This document shows, in pieces, positions 19,887 through 30,345 of a stretch of DNA of 64,000 nucleotides (its first letter is position 1; each line of letters begins with the position of its first letter). Made by a program: the position numbers and the translations under genes. The stretch spans positions 384,001 through 448,000 of the forward strand of contig CAWETI010000002.1 in NCBI GenBank assembly GCA_963812015.1, given 5' to 3'. This stretch comes from an uncultured delta proteobacterium (GTDB lineage: Bacteria; Desulfobacterota; Desulfobaccia; Desulfobaccales; 0-14-0-80-60-11). Below the pieces are notes generated by a model, which was not told where the DNA came from, ran no database searches, and was given only the letters and a program-made list of their open reading frames with translations.

Positions 19887-20624
19887 TTAGAAGCATGGTT
19901 CCCCTTGGATGATTTTCTCAGGTATGTCGTGGACCATGGCCCGGGCGCGTTTTTCTCCCACCAGTCGGGTTAATTCAATGAGCGCCGGGCTCAGCACGGG
20001 GGGGCGATTCCTAAGGTTGTGGGTATCCGTGGCCAAGAGGTGAATGTACCCCAACTTGACCAATTGTCGAGCCAGCTTTTTGACGCCGCGGCCAAACCAA
20101 CCGGTTAAGCTGTTGCCGGTCATTTGGGCCAGGCAGCCCAGGTCAATCAAACGTTTGAGCTTATGGGGCATCTGTTGAATAATCATGTGCCGCTCAGGAT
20201 GGGTAAGGATGGGAGTTATGCCCTTGGATAGCAACCGAAAACAGATTTCCTCCGTCGCCGGGGGTAGGGAGGTGTCAGGCAACTCCAAGAGGAGATAGCG
20301 GTTGGCGTCATTAATGGTTAACACCTGGCCGTTTTCTAAAAGCTGCAGTGATTCGAAACCCAGGGGAAAATCACAACCCGGGATGATTTCCAAAGGGATT
20401 TTTTCTTCCAACAACTTTTGTCTCAATTCATCAATATGCTGGAGGATCATTTTTTTATGGTTAATCTGTTTCAGATCGATACTTCTCGTTTTAAAGAGGT
20501 GGGGAGTGGCCACCATGGTCTTGATGCCATCCTCCATCGCCAGGCGCGCCATTTGCAGGGATTGTTTCCAGGTTTTGGCCCCGTCGTCCAAACCAGGCAG
20601 GATATGGGCATGAATATCAATCAT
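19887..20624 (-). CDS. PHP-family tyrosine-protein phosphatase (CpsB/CapC/YwqE-like)
   Basis: MIDIHAHILPGLDDGA, VATPH, THPER, ATDTH. Confidence 0.9.
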   Translation of the reverse strand: MIDIHAHILPGLDDGAKTWKQSLQMARLAMEDGIKTMVATPHLFKTRSIDLKQINHKKMILQHIDELRQKLLEEKIPLEIIPGCDFPLGFESLQLLENGQVLTINDANRYLLLELPDTSLPPATEEICFRLLSKGITPILTHPERHMIIQQMPHKLKRLIDLGCLAQMTGNSLTGWFGRGVKKLARQLVKLGYIHLLATDTHNLRNRPPVLSPALIELTRLVGEKRARAMVHDIPEKIIQGEPCF

Positions 20625-20659
20625 GGTCAGTAGGTTCCGTTCACGATCAAGGCGATTGG

Positions 20660-20788
20660 CAGGCTGTTGAAAAACCACAATTTCCCCAGTTTGTCATTCT
20701 GACCGAAGGGAAGAATCTCGTATTTTCAGGTAGATGAGATCCTGCGCGGCGCTCAGGATGACAAAAAAGCCGATTTTTCAACCGCCTG
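20660..20788. mobile_element. 129-bp MITE with IS5/IS1182-like ends and an internal GTCATTCTGA...GGATGAC palindrome
   Basis: Ends CAGGCTGTTGAAAAA and TTTTTCAACCGCCTG are inverted with 14 of 15 matches. A degenerate copy of the inner palindrome lies at about 22811-22880. Confidence 0.7.
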
Positions 20789-21384
20789 TTAGCGGCATTC
20801 CTTGCCATTATCCATGGCGGCTTTGAGGTCCGGGCGGGGTGGCCCCTGCAAGGGATCTCCTCCATGGCGTTCCTGAAAGACCCCCCGGGTAGTTTCTTTG
20901 CGGAATAATATCAGGTTTTGCTGGGAAAGGGTATTTCCAGGGAGTTTTCGGTTTCCGTGACAGCCCGGGAAGCCGTTGAGCAGAAATCTAAATTCTGGAG
21001 CGGGCATCATCGGTTTGGCCCCTGATAAAATATCCTGGCCTGGGGAGAAAATCAACTCCCAACGGGCCAAGGCAGCGCAGCTCAACCCCCGGCGGCGTTG
21101 CCCGGGCCTACCCAGTAATGGTGATGAGGTCCAGGCCCGGCGCCACCTGGTCCTGAGGGGGATTGTTCTGCTGCACGTTTGAGATTGATGCGCAAATGCT
21201 TAAAAAAACCATTTGGCCTAATCTCGCTCTCATGGTCAAGAGTAGAACCCAACTCGACTAACGTGATCTCATTGAACAAAAAAATATCAAAAATAATAGA
21301 CAATAAGGGAGGAGACAATAAAAAAGAGTTGATTTTTTATGAAAATGCTATTTAAATCGGTCAACTTAGTTTGGCGAGTCCGAT

Positions 21385-22704
21385 ATGCTGCGCTTCTTGG
21401 TAATGTCATTGATGTGTAGCCCCGGTAAAGTATCCGGGCATGGGAATAGTGCTATGTTGATATTAGTGCTCGCACTGTCGATTTTGTATTGGTGCACTTC
21501 CCCGGCCTGGGGGTCCGGTTTTGCCCTGATGCAGCAGGGGACGGCGGCCATGGGGCAAGCTAACGCCTTCGTGGCCGATGCCAGCGACGCCTCGGCCATC
21601 TTTTATAACCCCGCCGGCCTCAATCAGCTCAAACGGGCCCAAGTTTATCAGGGAGTTTTTTTAAATTATCCCAATCGGGAATATAGTAGCGACGGCCAGG
21701 ACTCGCAAACCTATCACCGTATATACAAGAGCCTGACGGCCTATATCGCCATTCCCTTGCATGATCGGGTAGCCGTGGGCATCGGCTTTTTTTCGCCTTT
21801 CGGGATGGGAACGGCTTGGCCGCCAGGCTGGGCCGGACGCTATCTCACCACCTATTCCAGTATGCAAACCTACACTCTCAATCCGGCGATCTCCGTCAAA
21901 CTTCTGGAAAACCTCTCGGTGGCGGCGGGGTTCGATGCCATGTGGTCCAAAGTGGACCTCAAGCGCAAGACCCCCGTGACTTTCCGGGGTACGAGCCTCC
22001 CGGATGGCGAAATCGACCTGAGCGGCGATGGCCATGGGGTGGGCTACAACTTCGGGCTCCTTTACGAAGCGGTGACTGGGGTTAAACTGGGGGCTTCTTA
22101 CCGCAGTCAAATCAAAGTGGATCACTCGGGTGACTTGACCACCACTCTGCCGGCGCCGCTACCGTATTCCCCCAGCACCACGGGTTCGGCCACCATTGTC
22201 TATCCCGCGTCGTTGACCACGGGCGCCTCCTACAGCCGGTTCAAACCCTTCACGTTCGAGTTTGATACTACCTGGACGAACTGGTCCTCGTATAAGGCGC
22301 TGAAGGTCAATTTAGACGCCCCGCTTTTGGTCAACGGGGTCCTGAACTCAACCATCACCACCCCCAAGAGCTGGCATGATAGTTGGGCCTTCCGCTTCGG
22401 GGGCAATTATGAAATCAAGGAAGGGCTGAAGATCCGGGCCGGATATATCTATGACCTTACCCCGGTGCCGAATTCCAGCTTTGACCCCCAGGTGCCCGAC
22501 GCTAACCGTCACGTCTTTACGGTGGGCGGAGACATTAAGATCATGCGATTTACCCTGGGCATCGCCTACAATTACGTTTTGTGCGAAAGCCGCATCAAAA
22601 ACAACACCATTCCGGTCAACGGGGTTGCGTCCCCCTTCCAAGCCAACGGGCGCTATAACAGCGATACCCAATCCCTCGGACTGAGCTGGTCGTTTCAATT
22701 TTAG
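21385..22704 (+). CDS. OmpP1/FadL family outer-membrane long-chain fatty acid/hydrophobic compound transporter
   Basis: SGFAL...AAMGQANAFVA.A.DASAIFYNPAGL, PFG, C-terminal Phe (WSFQF). Alternative start at 21454. Confidence 0.9.
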   Translation: MLRFLVMSLMCSPGKVSGHGNSAMLILVLALSILYWCTSPAWGSGFALMQQGTAAMGQANAFVADASDASAIFYNPAGLNQLKRAQVYQGVFLNYPNREYSSDGQDSQTYHRIYKSLTAYIAIPLHDRVAVGIGFFSPFGMGTAWPPGWAGRYLTTYSSMQTYTLNPAISVKLLENLSVAAGFDAMWSKVDLKRKTPVTFRGTSLPDGEIDLSGDGHGVGYNFGLLYEAVTGVKLGASYRSQIKVDHSGDLTTTLPAPLPYSPSTTGSATIVYPASLTTGASYSRFKPFTFEFDTTWTNWSSYKALKVNLDAPLLVNGVLNSTITTPKSWHDSWAFRFGGNYEIKEGLKIRAGYIYDLTPVPNSSFDPQVPDANRHVFTVGGDIKIMRFTLGIAYNYVLCESRIKNNTIPVNGVASPFQANGRYNSDTQSLGLSWSFQF

Positions 22705-23014
22705 CGGCTGATTACGGCAGGGATTGAGAGGGGGGAAGGTCAAGCTTCCCGCTCGTCTTCGGTTTCCCCAAAACTTTACCAGCTAGGGCAAAACCTCGCA
22801 TCGCAGCATGGTCATGCTGAGCATGGGGAAGCATCTCAAAATTTTATCGCATTGAGATCCGTCACTACGTCCAGGATGGCAGGCAATAAGTTCTCCGATT
22901 TAATCTCATCATTGTGCGCCGCGGGCCGCTGCGCCGCATCCAAACCTTAGGCTCTAGATAACCCACCGGGTAAAACGGCTTAAAATAATCTCTCATAAAC
23001 TCAGGCCCACGCTC

Positions 23015-24151
23015 CTAGTGAGTGGTCTCCACGGAGTGGGAAACGGCCAGCTCATCCAGGGCGCTCACCACGACTTCAATCCCCAAACCAGGGCCGGGCA
23101 GCTCGTAGGCCAGGCCGCCGCCATTAAAGGCCACCGGCTGGGAGACGACGTCCCGGACCAGCAGGTACGGAGAGAATGAGCCCTCCACGTAGGATAACTG
23201 CGGAACGGTTAAACCGAACTGGCGGCCGGCGGCCGAGAGGATGCTGGTTTCCCCCACCTGACAACCCACCTGGCATAAAATCCCGGCTGCTTCGGCCATG
23301 TGTCTGATGCGGGTGGCGGCACCCAGGCCGCCACATTTGGACAGACGGATATTAAAAATCCGGCAGGCCTTGAGGTCGATCAAGCGGCGGGCATCCTCTT
23401 CGGTGCATAAGGATTCATCGGCGATAACCGGGATCGGCACCGCCTCACTCACCTGCTGCATTCCGGCAAAGTCGGCCTTAGCCACCGGCTGCTCCACGGC
23501 GCTGATGCGGTAAGGTTGCATTTCCCTCAGGCGCGCGATCGCCTCGGTGGGCGTCCAAGCCGAGTTGGCATCCACCCGGATATCGACCTCGAAGCCCAAG
23601 AGGTCCCGGGCCAGTCGCAAGGTCTCCAGGTCGGAGTCGGTTCCCACCTTAAGTTTGACAAAGTGCATGCGGTTCATTTTGACCAGGTTCAAAAGGTGCC
23701 GCATCGGCTCCGGAGACATCAGGGGGATAACGGCGCTATACTCCAGGCTGGTTCTCAGCTTAGGTGCGATGAGCCCGACCATCGGCACCTTCCAGGTCCG
23801 GCTGGCGGCATCCAGGAGGGCCGTTTCCATGGCACAAAAGGCGGCAGGGTGACGCGGGGCTGGCAGGGATTGATAGAGGTCCGCCACGGCTTTGACCAGC
23901 GCCGCGGGAGAAGGAAAACCCCGGGATAGGATTGCCGGGGCCAGAACCTCTCGGAGGAAGACGAGGCTGTCGTGGAGCACCTCGCCGGTGACAAAGACCC
24001 GGGGGACGCCCTCTCCATACCCGGTGATCGCATCATCAGTGGTTACTCTGAGGACGATGTTGTCGGAACCCTCGTGAGTCGCCAGGTTATGCTTGATTGG
24101 GGACTGAAAGCCCAATTTCAGGTGCCAGATATCCAGTTTCTTGACGATCAT
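23015..24151 (-). CDS. Enolase superfamily protein (muconate lactonizing enzyme/dipeptide epimerase subgroup)
   Basis: GYGEG, KLKVG, RVDAN, VEQP, IADES, NIRLSKCGG, PGLG. ATG at 24151 follows GAGGT. Confidence 0.88.
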   Translation of the reverse strand: MIVKKLDIWHLKLGFQSPIKHNLATHEGSDNIVLRVTTDDAITGYGEGVPRVFVTGEVLHDSLVFLREVLAPAILSRGFPSPAALVKAVADLYQSLPAPRHPAAFCAMETALLDAASRTWKVPMVGLIAPKLRTSLEYSAVIPLMSPEPMRHLLNLVKMNRMHFVKLKVGTDSDLETLRLARDLLGFEVDIRVDANSAWTPTEAIARLREMQPYRISAVEQPVAKADFAGMQQVSEAVPIPVIADESLCTEEDARRLIDLKACRIFNIRLSKCGGLGAATRIRHMAEAAGILCQVGCQVGETSILSAAGRQFGLTVPQLSYVEGSFSPYLLVRDVVSQPVAFNGGGLAYELPGPGLGIEVVVSALDELAVSHSVETTH

Positions 24152-25085
24152 GCTCGACCTCAAAGTGAGATTTTATCATCTTACCAAACTTCTTCCATTG
24201 GTACCATTGCTCCGGGGCATCTTCCACCGCCGTCTCGAGCACGCTTAAGCATTGCTCGTGAATGGGCGGGTGCAGTGCGGCGGCCCCATTCCCCACCGCA
24301 GTCAGGTTGCAGGTATAAGCCTTCTGGCCTTCCCGTTTCATCAAGGCCGTGATGATCTGGGCGCCCGAGCGTTTCCGCAACAGCTCCAGGGTCCGGTCCG
24401 AAGGCAGCCGGCAGTTCAGAAAGGAGCTATCCCGGTGGGGATCAGGCCGCCATGCATCGAATTCGTCGCACTCGGTGATGAGAATCCGGCCTTGCTTAAG
24501 CGCCTTCATGGCGGCCAGAATGATATTGCCCTCATCCGCGTCAATGAGTTGCAGGCCGACCGCTTCGGCCCGCTTCCCCATGGATTCCCGCAGGCGAGTG
24601 GTCTGGAAACGGCAGATCATGGAAGTGGGATAACCATTCAACGCCAGGGCCCCGGGCAAAAACTCCACTGCGCCGAAGTGACCGGTGACCAGGATGACCC
24701 CCTTGCCGTCCTCTAAGGCTGACTGGAGATGATCCACACCGGCAAACCTGACGTGGGTTCTCAAGAACTTCAGCAGCTTGGGGAAATGAGAATACCCAAC
24801 GAACAGTTTCTCATGGTAATGGTCCAAGATCCCTTTGAAGGCGGCGTTGATTTTTTGGTTCAGCTGGGCAGCCGGAAACTTTCTTTTGAAAACATGCTTA
24901 ATGGTGTTCCGAATCAGGGCTTTTTCCCCCCAGTTCAGGAGAAAGTAAAGCCTTCCCAGGGCCATGAGATAACCTCGGGAGACTGCGAAAGGCAAAAAGC
25001 GAAACAGGAAGCTGTTTAATTTCATTTGGAGAAATTTACTCAGGCTGAGAGAGAGCTTGGGAAGCCGGAACCTTGCGGAAACCAT
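24087..25085 (-). CDS. LpxL/HtrB-like (lysophospholipid) acyltransferase
   Basis: GKGVILVTGHFGAVE (HX4E catalytic dyad), PEQWYQW motif. Confidence 0.8.
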   Translation of the reverse strand: MVSARFRLPKLSLSLSKFLQMKLNSFLFRFLPFAVSRGYLMALGRLYFLLNWGEKALIRNTIKHVFKRKFPAAQLNQKINAAFKGILDHYHEKLFVGYSHFPKLLKFLRTHVRFAGVDHLQSALEDGKGVILVTGHFGAVEFLPGALALNGYPTSMICRFQTTRLRESMGKRAEAVGLQLIDADEGNIILAAMKALKQGRILITECDEFDAWRPDPHRDSSFLNCRLPSDRTLELLRKRSGAQIITALMKREGQKAYTCNLTAVGNGAAALHPPIHEQCLSVLETAVEDAPEQWYQWKKFGKMIKSHFEVEHDRQETGYLAPEIGLSVPNQA

Positions 25086-25151
25086 GACCGTGCTCCTTTC
25101 AAGAAAATTAGGTAAATCTTCTAAAATATTAACATCTAGAATAAAATAGAA

Positions 25152-25166
25152 TCAGGGTTTCCCTAA
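25152..25166. promoter_or_regulatory. Palindromic operator-like box TCAGGGTTTCCCTAA
   Basis: Similar boxes at 25524-25540, 29391-29405, 30346-30360 and 30368-30384. Confidence 0.55.
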
Positions 25167-25732
25167 TAGGAGTTTCCCAATCTCCTATTTTTGGCGTCTA
25201 AATTCCTAATTTTATGGGGGAAAGAGGCAGGCGTCCCCCAGTCCCCCGAAAGTGGAAACACTATTAAATAAATAATATCAATATGTTATCTAAACAGTTT
25301 CCGAGCCCACACCTTTCCCTCTCAAGCTTTAAGAAAATGGAGAAATATTCACTATAACCGCCTTTTATGTGAGAATTACAAGATCTGCATTAATTTTTCC
25401 CCTACAAAAACCTGATTGCGGGGTTGATTTCCTCACTCAGCCAGCACCTGTCCCAGTAAAAACCCAGACGCCCAACGATAGCTAAGTTGAGCAATCAGGA
25501 CAATCAGGAAACATCTTGATTGCATAGGGGAAAACCCTAATTTGCTTTGGGAAAATGGATTAAGCCGCTGAGAGGTAATCGGGCTGGGTCTCTTGGTAAA
25601 ATGGTTTGGCGTCGCCGTGGTCGGGTTGTTGAGGCCTGAGTCAGGCAAGCTGCAAGCCGGCGGGTGTTTGAAATGGAAGGGGGAGAGGTGCAATCGTAAC
25701 CTGGTAATAAGGATAGACCATTGGGCTTTCTC

Positions 25733-25760
25733 TTGACTTTTGCACCTAGTTCTTTATTAT
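25733..25760 (+). promoter_or_regulatory. Putative sigma70 promoter for the kinase operon
   Basis: TTGACT-N16-TATTAT. Confidence 0.5.
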
Positions 25761-25994
25761 GCGCCTATGGGGTATCAGGTAAAAATCCAGTTTGAACGTA
25801 ATTACGGGTAATTAAGGTTATAGCTTCCGGCCTTCCCGGTCCGACGGCAAGGGGCTAGGAGGGAAGCAGCCCCGGGGATCACCGGTTCCCTGGCAGGTTT
25901 TATCCGGGCGCCAGGGACGATTCCAAGGGTCAATACGAGTAAAGGCAAGAGGCTTGGCCGGCACCAGGTGAGACTAAAAAGCGAAGCCTGAAGA

Positions 25995-28670
25995 GTGGGG
26001 TCCGATACCGAGATGGAGAAGCATCATAGCTGCCTTAATACCCGGGCGATAATTGAGTATTTCCAAGAAAATGCGCCGGGAGAAGTGTATCGGCTCTTTA
26101 CGGGTCTGGGCCCGGAAATTGAAGACCTGGCCAACCCCCAAGAATTTTTGATGGAGATTAATAATTGGGTGTCCAGCGATGTGGTCACCAAGATGTTTGA
26201 TAATGCCAAAGCCATAACCAAGGATGATGAAGTTGCATTTAAAATAGGGTTCGAATCGGCGGCAAGAAAAAAGTTAGGCTATGTTCAGAGAATTATTATG
26301 TTTGCTCATAAAAACCCCAGACGTACTTTGAAAAGAGTTCAAGCTATTAATGATAAATTTAATAAAAATAAAATTATTGAATTAATAGAAGCCAGAGGTG
26401 ACAATGCGGTTATTCGGCTGCATTGGTTCAAAGAAATCCCCGGCACCATAGATTATTGTTTTTTTAATAAAGGGATATACTCAGGGATTCCCACTATCTG
26501 GAACCTGCCGCCTGCTGATCTGGAAGAAACCAAATGTTATTTCAAAGGGGATGATTATTGCGAATACCATTTTAAATGGCAGAGAAATTTTTCTTTAAGG
26601 GAAGGCTTGTTGAGGCTGCTGGTGCCCTGGCGGGCGCTCAATTATACCATTGAGGAACTGGAGCGTGATAAAGAACTCCTGAAAAAGAAGTTTGATGAAA
26701 TTCACCGATTAAATATTCAATTAAAAGAAAAGATCGATCAGCTCATCTGCATGCAGGAAACCAGCACCGCGGCGCTCTCGGTCCTTAACCTGGAGAAATT
26801 GCTCCAAGTAACGTTGCGACTGCTCATCAACTCGGCCAAACTGGATCGGGCCGGGATTCTGCTCCTGGACGAAAAAGGGGAGGTGCTGGAGCTGAACTAT
26901 GCGGAGGGAATCGCCCCGGAACTTTTTGAACAGGTGCGGAACTATAAAATTTCCATTACGAAAGTGGATAACGTCATTGCCCGGGTAGCCATGACCGGCA
27001 TCCCGGTGGTGATCCAAGATGTAGCCCGCAGCAAACTAAACATGAACAACGCCTTGATCCGATTTTTCAAGCCCAAGGCCTTCATTTTGGTCCCCCTCAC
27101 GGTAAGGGGCAAGGTGATCGGGGTGCTCATGGCCGATCGAGTCCACGAGGATGCGATGATCACCGATGGCGACCGGGAGTTTATTGTGAGTTTCGCCAAC
27201 CAGATTGCCATAGCCCTGGAAAATGCCGTGCTCTATCACAAGCTGGAGGTGTCGGAACGGAAATACCGTGAATTGGTGGAAAATGCTCACGAGGGGATCT
27301 GGATTATCGATGATAAAGGCCGGATCAAATTTGCCAACCGCAGGATGCGAGAGATTACCGGCCACGACACCCTGGAAAATCACCATATTTCCGACCTGGC
27401 GGACCGGGACAATCAGAAGCGGTTAGCAGACATCATGGTTCAGAACCGGATGAACAATGTGGCGCAACAGGAATTGGATATCATGTGCAAGGACGGGGGA
27501 TCGGCCTCGGTTATCATGAGTTCGGTGCCATTGTTTGAAGACGGCCAGTTCGTGGGCGCTTTTGCCATGTTTAGTGACATCACGGCATTGCGGGAAACGG
27601 AGGAGCGATTTCAGAAAATCTTTGAAGAAGCTGGCATCGGCATGGCTCTGGTGGATTTGACCGGCCACCTCTTGGATGCCAACCCGGCTTTCCTCAACAT
27701 GCTGGGATATAATAAGAGTGAAGTAATCCGGAAATCTTTTAAGGATTTCATTCATCCGGAAGATATCCGGATAAGCGGCAGGCTGTTCAGGGAATTGGGG
27801 GAGGGTAAACGAGATTCCTACTCCCGGGAGAATCGTTACCTGCATAAAGAGAACCGGGTGGTCTGGGGCCAGGCGACCGTGTCCGTGCTCCGGGGCGCTG
27901 GAGGCGTACCGCAGTTTGCCATCGCCATGATCGCCGATATTACCGATCGGAAACAGGCAGAGGAAGACATTCGCACCTATCAGGTGCAGCTCCAATCATT
28001 GGCCTCGGAATTGTCCCTGACCGAAGAGCGCGAACGGCGGCGCCTGGCTACAGATCTGCACGATCATATCGGTCAAGCCCTGGCCCTCTCCAAGATCAAA
28101 CTGGGGGTACTCCAAAAAACCGTCATTGTGGAGAACCAGGCTAACTCTTTGGGCGAGGTGCGGGAGCTCATCGAGCAGATGATCCAGGACACCAGATCCT
28201 TAACCTTTGAACTGAGCCTCCCGGTGCTTTACGAGCTTGGCTTTGAAGCGGCAGTGGAGTGGTACGCCAAGCATGTCCGGGCGCAGCACGGCATCAAGGT
28301 GGACGTCCAGCAAGACATGCTGCCCATTCCCATGGATGATGAAATCAAAGTCCTGCTTTTCCGTTCGGTGCGAGAGTTGATGATTAATATTGTTAAGCAT
28401 GCCCAGGCCCGCAATGCCCGGGTCACCATAAGGAGGGCAGGGGACGACGTCAACATCGAAGTGGAAGACGACGGGGTGGGAATTAAAGACGTCCGGCGAG
28501 ATCAAAGGCTCAAAAGCAACGGCGGCTTTGGACTGTTCAGCATTAGAGAGCGCTTGCATTATCTTGGAGGCCAGGTGCAGGTGGAATCCGGGAAGACCCA
28601 GGGAACCAGGATTACTCTGATAGTACCCCTCCAACATGCCAGGAAGGCCCAATTGGAGATTGCGAGATGA
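25995..28670 (+). CDS. Soluble sensor histidine kinase: V4R-like N-terminal domain, GAF, PAS, PAS, HisKA_3, HATPase
   Basis: ERRRLATDLHDHIGQAL (HisKA_3), RELMINIVKHA, DDGVG, GFGLFSIRERL. Two PAS repeats. No TM helix. N-terminal C...E-x2-C-x7-C. Start at 25995 or 26013. Confidence 0.92.
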   Translation: MGSDTEMEKHHSCLNTRAIIEYFQENAPGEVYRLFTGLGPEIEDLANPQEFLMEINNWVSSDVVTKMFDNAKAITKDDEVAFKIGFESAARKKLGYVQRIIMFAHKNPRRTLKRVQAINDKFNKNKIIELIEARGDNAVIRLHWFKEIPGTIDYCFFNKGIYSGIPTIWNLPPADLEETKCYFKGDDYCEYHFKWQRNFSLREGLLRLLVPWRALNYTIEELERDKELLKKKFDEIHRLNIQLKEKIDQLICMQETSTAALSVLNLEKLLQVTLRLLINSAKLDRAGILLLDEKGEVLELNYAEGIAPELFEQVRNYKISITKVDNVIARVAMTGIPVVIQDVARSKLNMNNALIRFFKPKAFILVPLTVRGKVIGVLMADRVHEDAMITDGDREFIVSFANQIAIALENAVLYHKLEVSERKYRELVENAHEGIWIIDDKGRIKFANRRMREITGHDTLENHHISDLADRDNQKRLADIMVQNRMNNVAQQELDIMCKDGGSASVIMSSVPLFEDGQFVGAFAMFSDITALRETEERFQKIFEEAGIGMALVDLTGHLLDANPAFLNMLGYNKSEVIRKSFKDFIHPEDIRISGRLFRELGEGKRDSYSRENRYLHKENRVVWGQATVSVLRGAGGVPQFAIAMIADITDRKQAEEDIRTYQVQLQSLASELSLTEERERRRLATDLHDHIGQALALSKIKLGVLQKTVIVENQANSLGEVRELIEQMIQDTRSLTFELSLPVLYELGFEAAVEWYAKHVRAQHGIKVDVQQDMLPIPMDDEIKVLLFRSVRELMINIVKHAQARNARVTIRRAGDDVNIEVEDDGVGIKDVRRDQRLKSNGGFGLFSIRERLHYLGGQVQVESGKTQGTRITLIVPLQHARKAQLEIAR

Positions 28671-29317
28671 TCAAGGTCATATTGGCGGACGACCACCAGA
28701 TTGTGCGTCACGGGCTCCGCAGTCTACTGTCCGCGGAACCCGACATCGAGGTCGTGGGGGAAGCTGACAATGGGCGAGCCGTGGTCCGGATGGTCCAGGA
28801 ACTCTCGCCTCAGGTGGTGATCATGGACATTTCCATGCCCGACCTGAATGGCATTGAAGCCACCCGCCAGATATTGAGCGATACTACCGGGGTCAAGGTT
28901 ATTGCCCTGTCGATGCATTCCGACAGTCTCTTCGTATTGAACATGTTCCAAGCGGGAGCTTCGGGGTACCTATTGAAAGATTGCGCCCTGGAGGAGTTGG
29001 TCAAGGCCGTGCGCACGGTCATGAACCGCAAGATCTATCTCAGCCCCGGTATTTCCGATATCGTGATCAAAGACTTCGTCCTCGGGTGGTCTTCAACCGA
29101 CTCCTCAGCCTATTCGATCCTGACCGCCAGGGAACGGGAAGTGCTGCAGTTAATGGCCGAAGGCAAGACCACCAATCAGATCGCCGAAAACCTGTGCGTC
29201 AGTGTCAAGACGGTGGAGGCCCATCGCAAACAAATGATGAACAAGCTGGATATCCACAGCGTGGCCGAACTCACCAAGTACGCCATACGCCAAGGACTGA
29301 CTTCCCTGGAAGTTTGA
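28667..29317 (+). CDS. NarL/FixJ-family response regulator (REC plus LuxR HTH), copy 1
   Basis: LADDH, MDISMP, GYLLK, LTAREREVL, SVKTVEAHR; ATGA overlap with the kinase. Confidence 0.95.
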   Translation: MIKVILADDHQIVRHGLRSLLSAEPDIEVVGEADNGRAVVRMVQELSPQVVIMDISMPDLNGIEATRQILSDTTGVKVIALSMHSDSLFVLNMFQAGASGYLLKDCALEELVKAVRTVMNRKIYLSPGISDIVIKDFVLGWSSTDSSAYSILTAREREVLQLMAEGKTTNQIAENLCVSVKTVEAHRKQMMNKLDIHSVAELTKYAIRQGLTSLEV

Positions 29318-29611
29318 GCCCGTCCCCAGCGCGGCGTTAGGAATTTCTCATCTCTAGAAGGTAAAAAATCAGGCATTGCGAACCGCAAAATCAGGGAATC
29401 CCCGACTAGAAGAGCCCTGGCACTAAGTGTATAAGATAATGAAGAAAATCTTAGGTGAGTGCTGAGGGGGCGAATCGGGGGAGAGGTATCCCTCGGTCCC
29501 GGCCAGGGAGAGGCCTAAAAGCGACTTCACCAACCCCAAGGCGGCCGACGTTGGCGCCAGGAAAGCATCGAGGGAATTACCATGGGCCAAAGAAAAAGTC
29601 CATTTCATGGC

Positions 29612-30271
29612 ATGAACAGACCTATTAGGATCATCCTGGCGGATGACCACCAGATTGTGCGTCAGGGGCTGCGCATTCTCCTGCATGCGGAGTCTGACAT
29701 GGAGATCATCGCCGAAGCCGATAACGGGCGCAAGGTGCTCAAACTGGCCCAGGAATTGTTGCCCGATGTTATCATTATGGATCTGTCCATGCCCGAGCTG
29801 AATGGCATTGAGGCGACTCGGCAGATCTTGTCCGGGGCTCCTGATGTCAAGGTGGTGGCCCTATCGATGCATTCCGACAGCCTCTTCGTGCTCAACATGA
29901 TCAAGGCCGGCGCCTCGGGCTATCTGCTGAAAGACTGCGCCCTGGAAGAACTGGTCAAAGCCATCCGTACCGTGGTCAATCACAAAACCTACTTGAGTCC
30001 CGGGGTCTCGGACATCGTGATCCGGGATTTCGTGACCGGATGGCAGACTACGGGCACCTCGGCCTTTTCCGTCCTGTCGCCCCGAGAACGGGAAGTGCTG
30101 CAACTCATGGCGGAAGGCAAAACGACCAACCAAATTGCCGATGGCCTCTGTGTCAGCGTCAAGACCATAGAAGCCCACCGCAAACAGGTTATGACTAAAT
30201 TGGGGATTCACAGTGTGGCTGAACTTACCAAGTACGCCATCCGCCAAGGATTGACCTCTTTGGAGGTCTAA
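29612..30271 (+). CDS. NarL/FixJ-family response regulator, copy 2
   Basis: Nearly identical to copy 1 (ALSMHSDSLFVLNM..AGASGYLLKDCALEELVKA; LTKYAIRQGLTSLEV). Start at 29612 or 29582. Confidence 0.95.
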   Translation: MNRPIRIILADDHQIVRQGLRILLHAESDMEIIAEADNGRKVLKLAQELLPDVIIMDLSMPELNGIEATRQILSGAPDVKVVALSMHSDSLFVLNMIKAGASGYLLKDCALEELVKAIRTVVNHKTYLSPGVSDIVIRDFVTGWQTTGTSAFSVLSPREREVLQLMAEGKTTNQIADGLCVSVKTIEAHRKQVMTKLGIHSVAELTKYAIRQGLTSLEV

Positions 30272-30345
30272 ACCTGCCTGAGGATCCCAGGCCGAAGCAG
30301 TACCTTTCTTGTAATTTCAAAAATAAGGTTTTTCGGAAATAAAAA

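Noticed and set aside
25560..25990. Riboswitch or sRNA in the long divergent intergenic region
   Set aside because: I could not match any known aptamer consensus (c-di-GMP, cobalamin, TPP, glycine) by eye; an Infernal/Rfam scan is needed.
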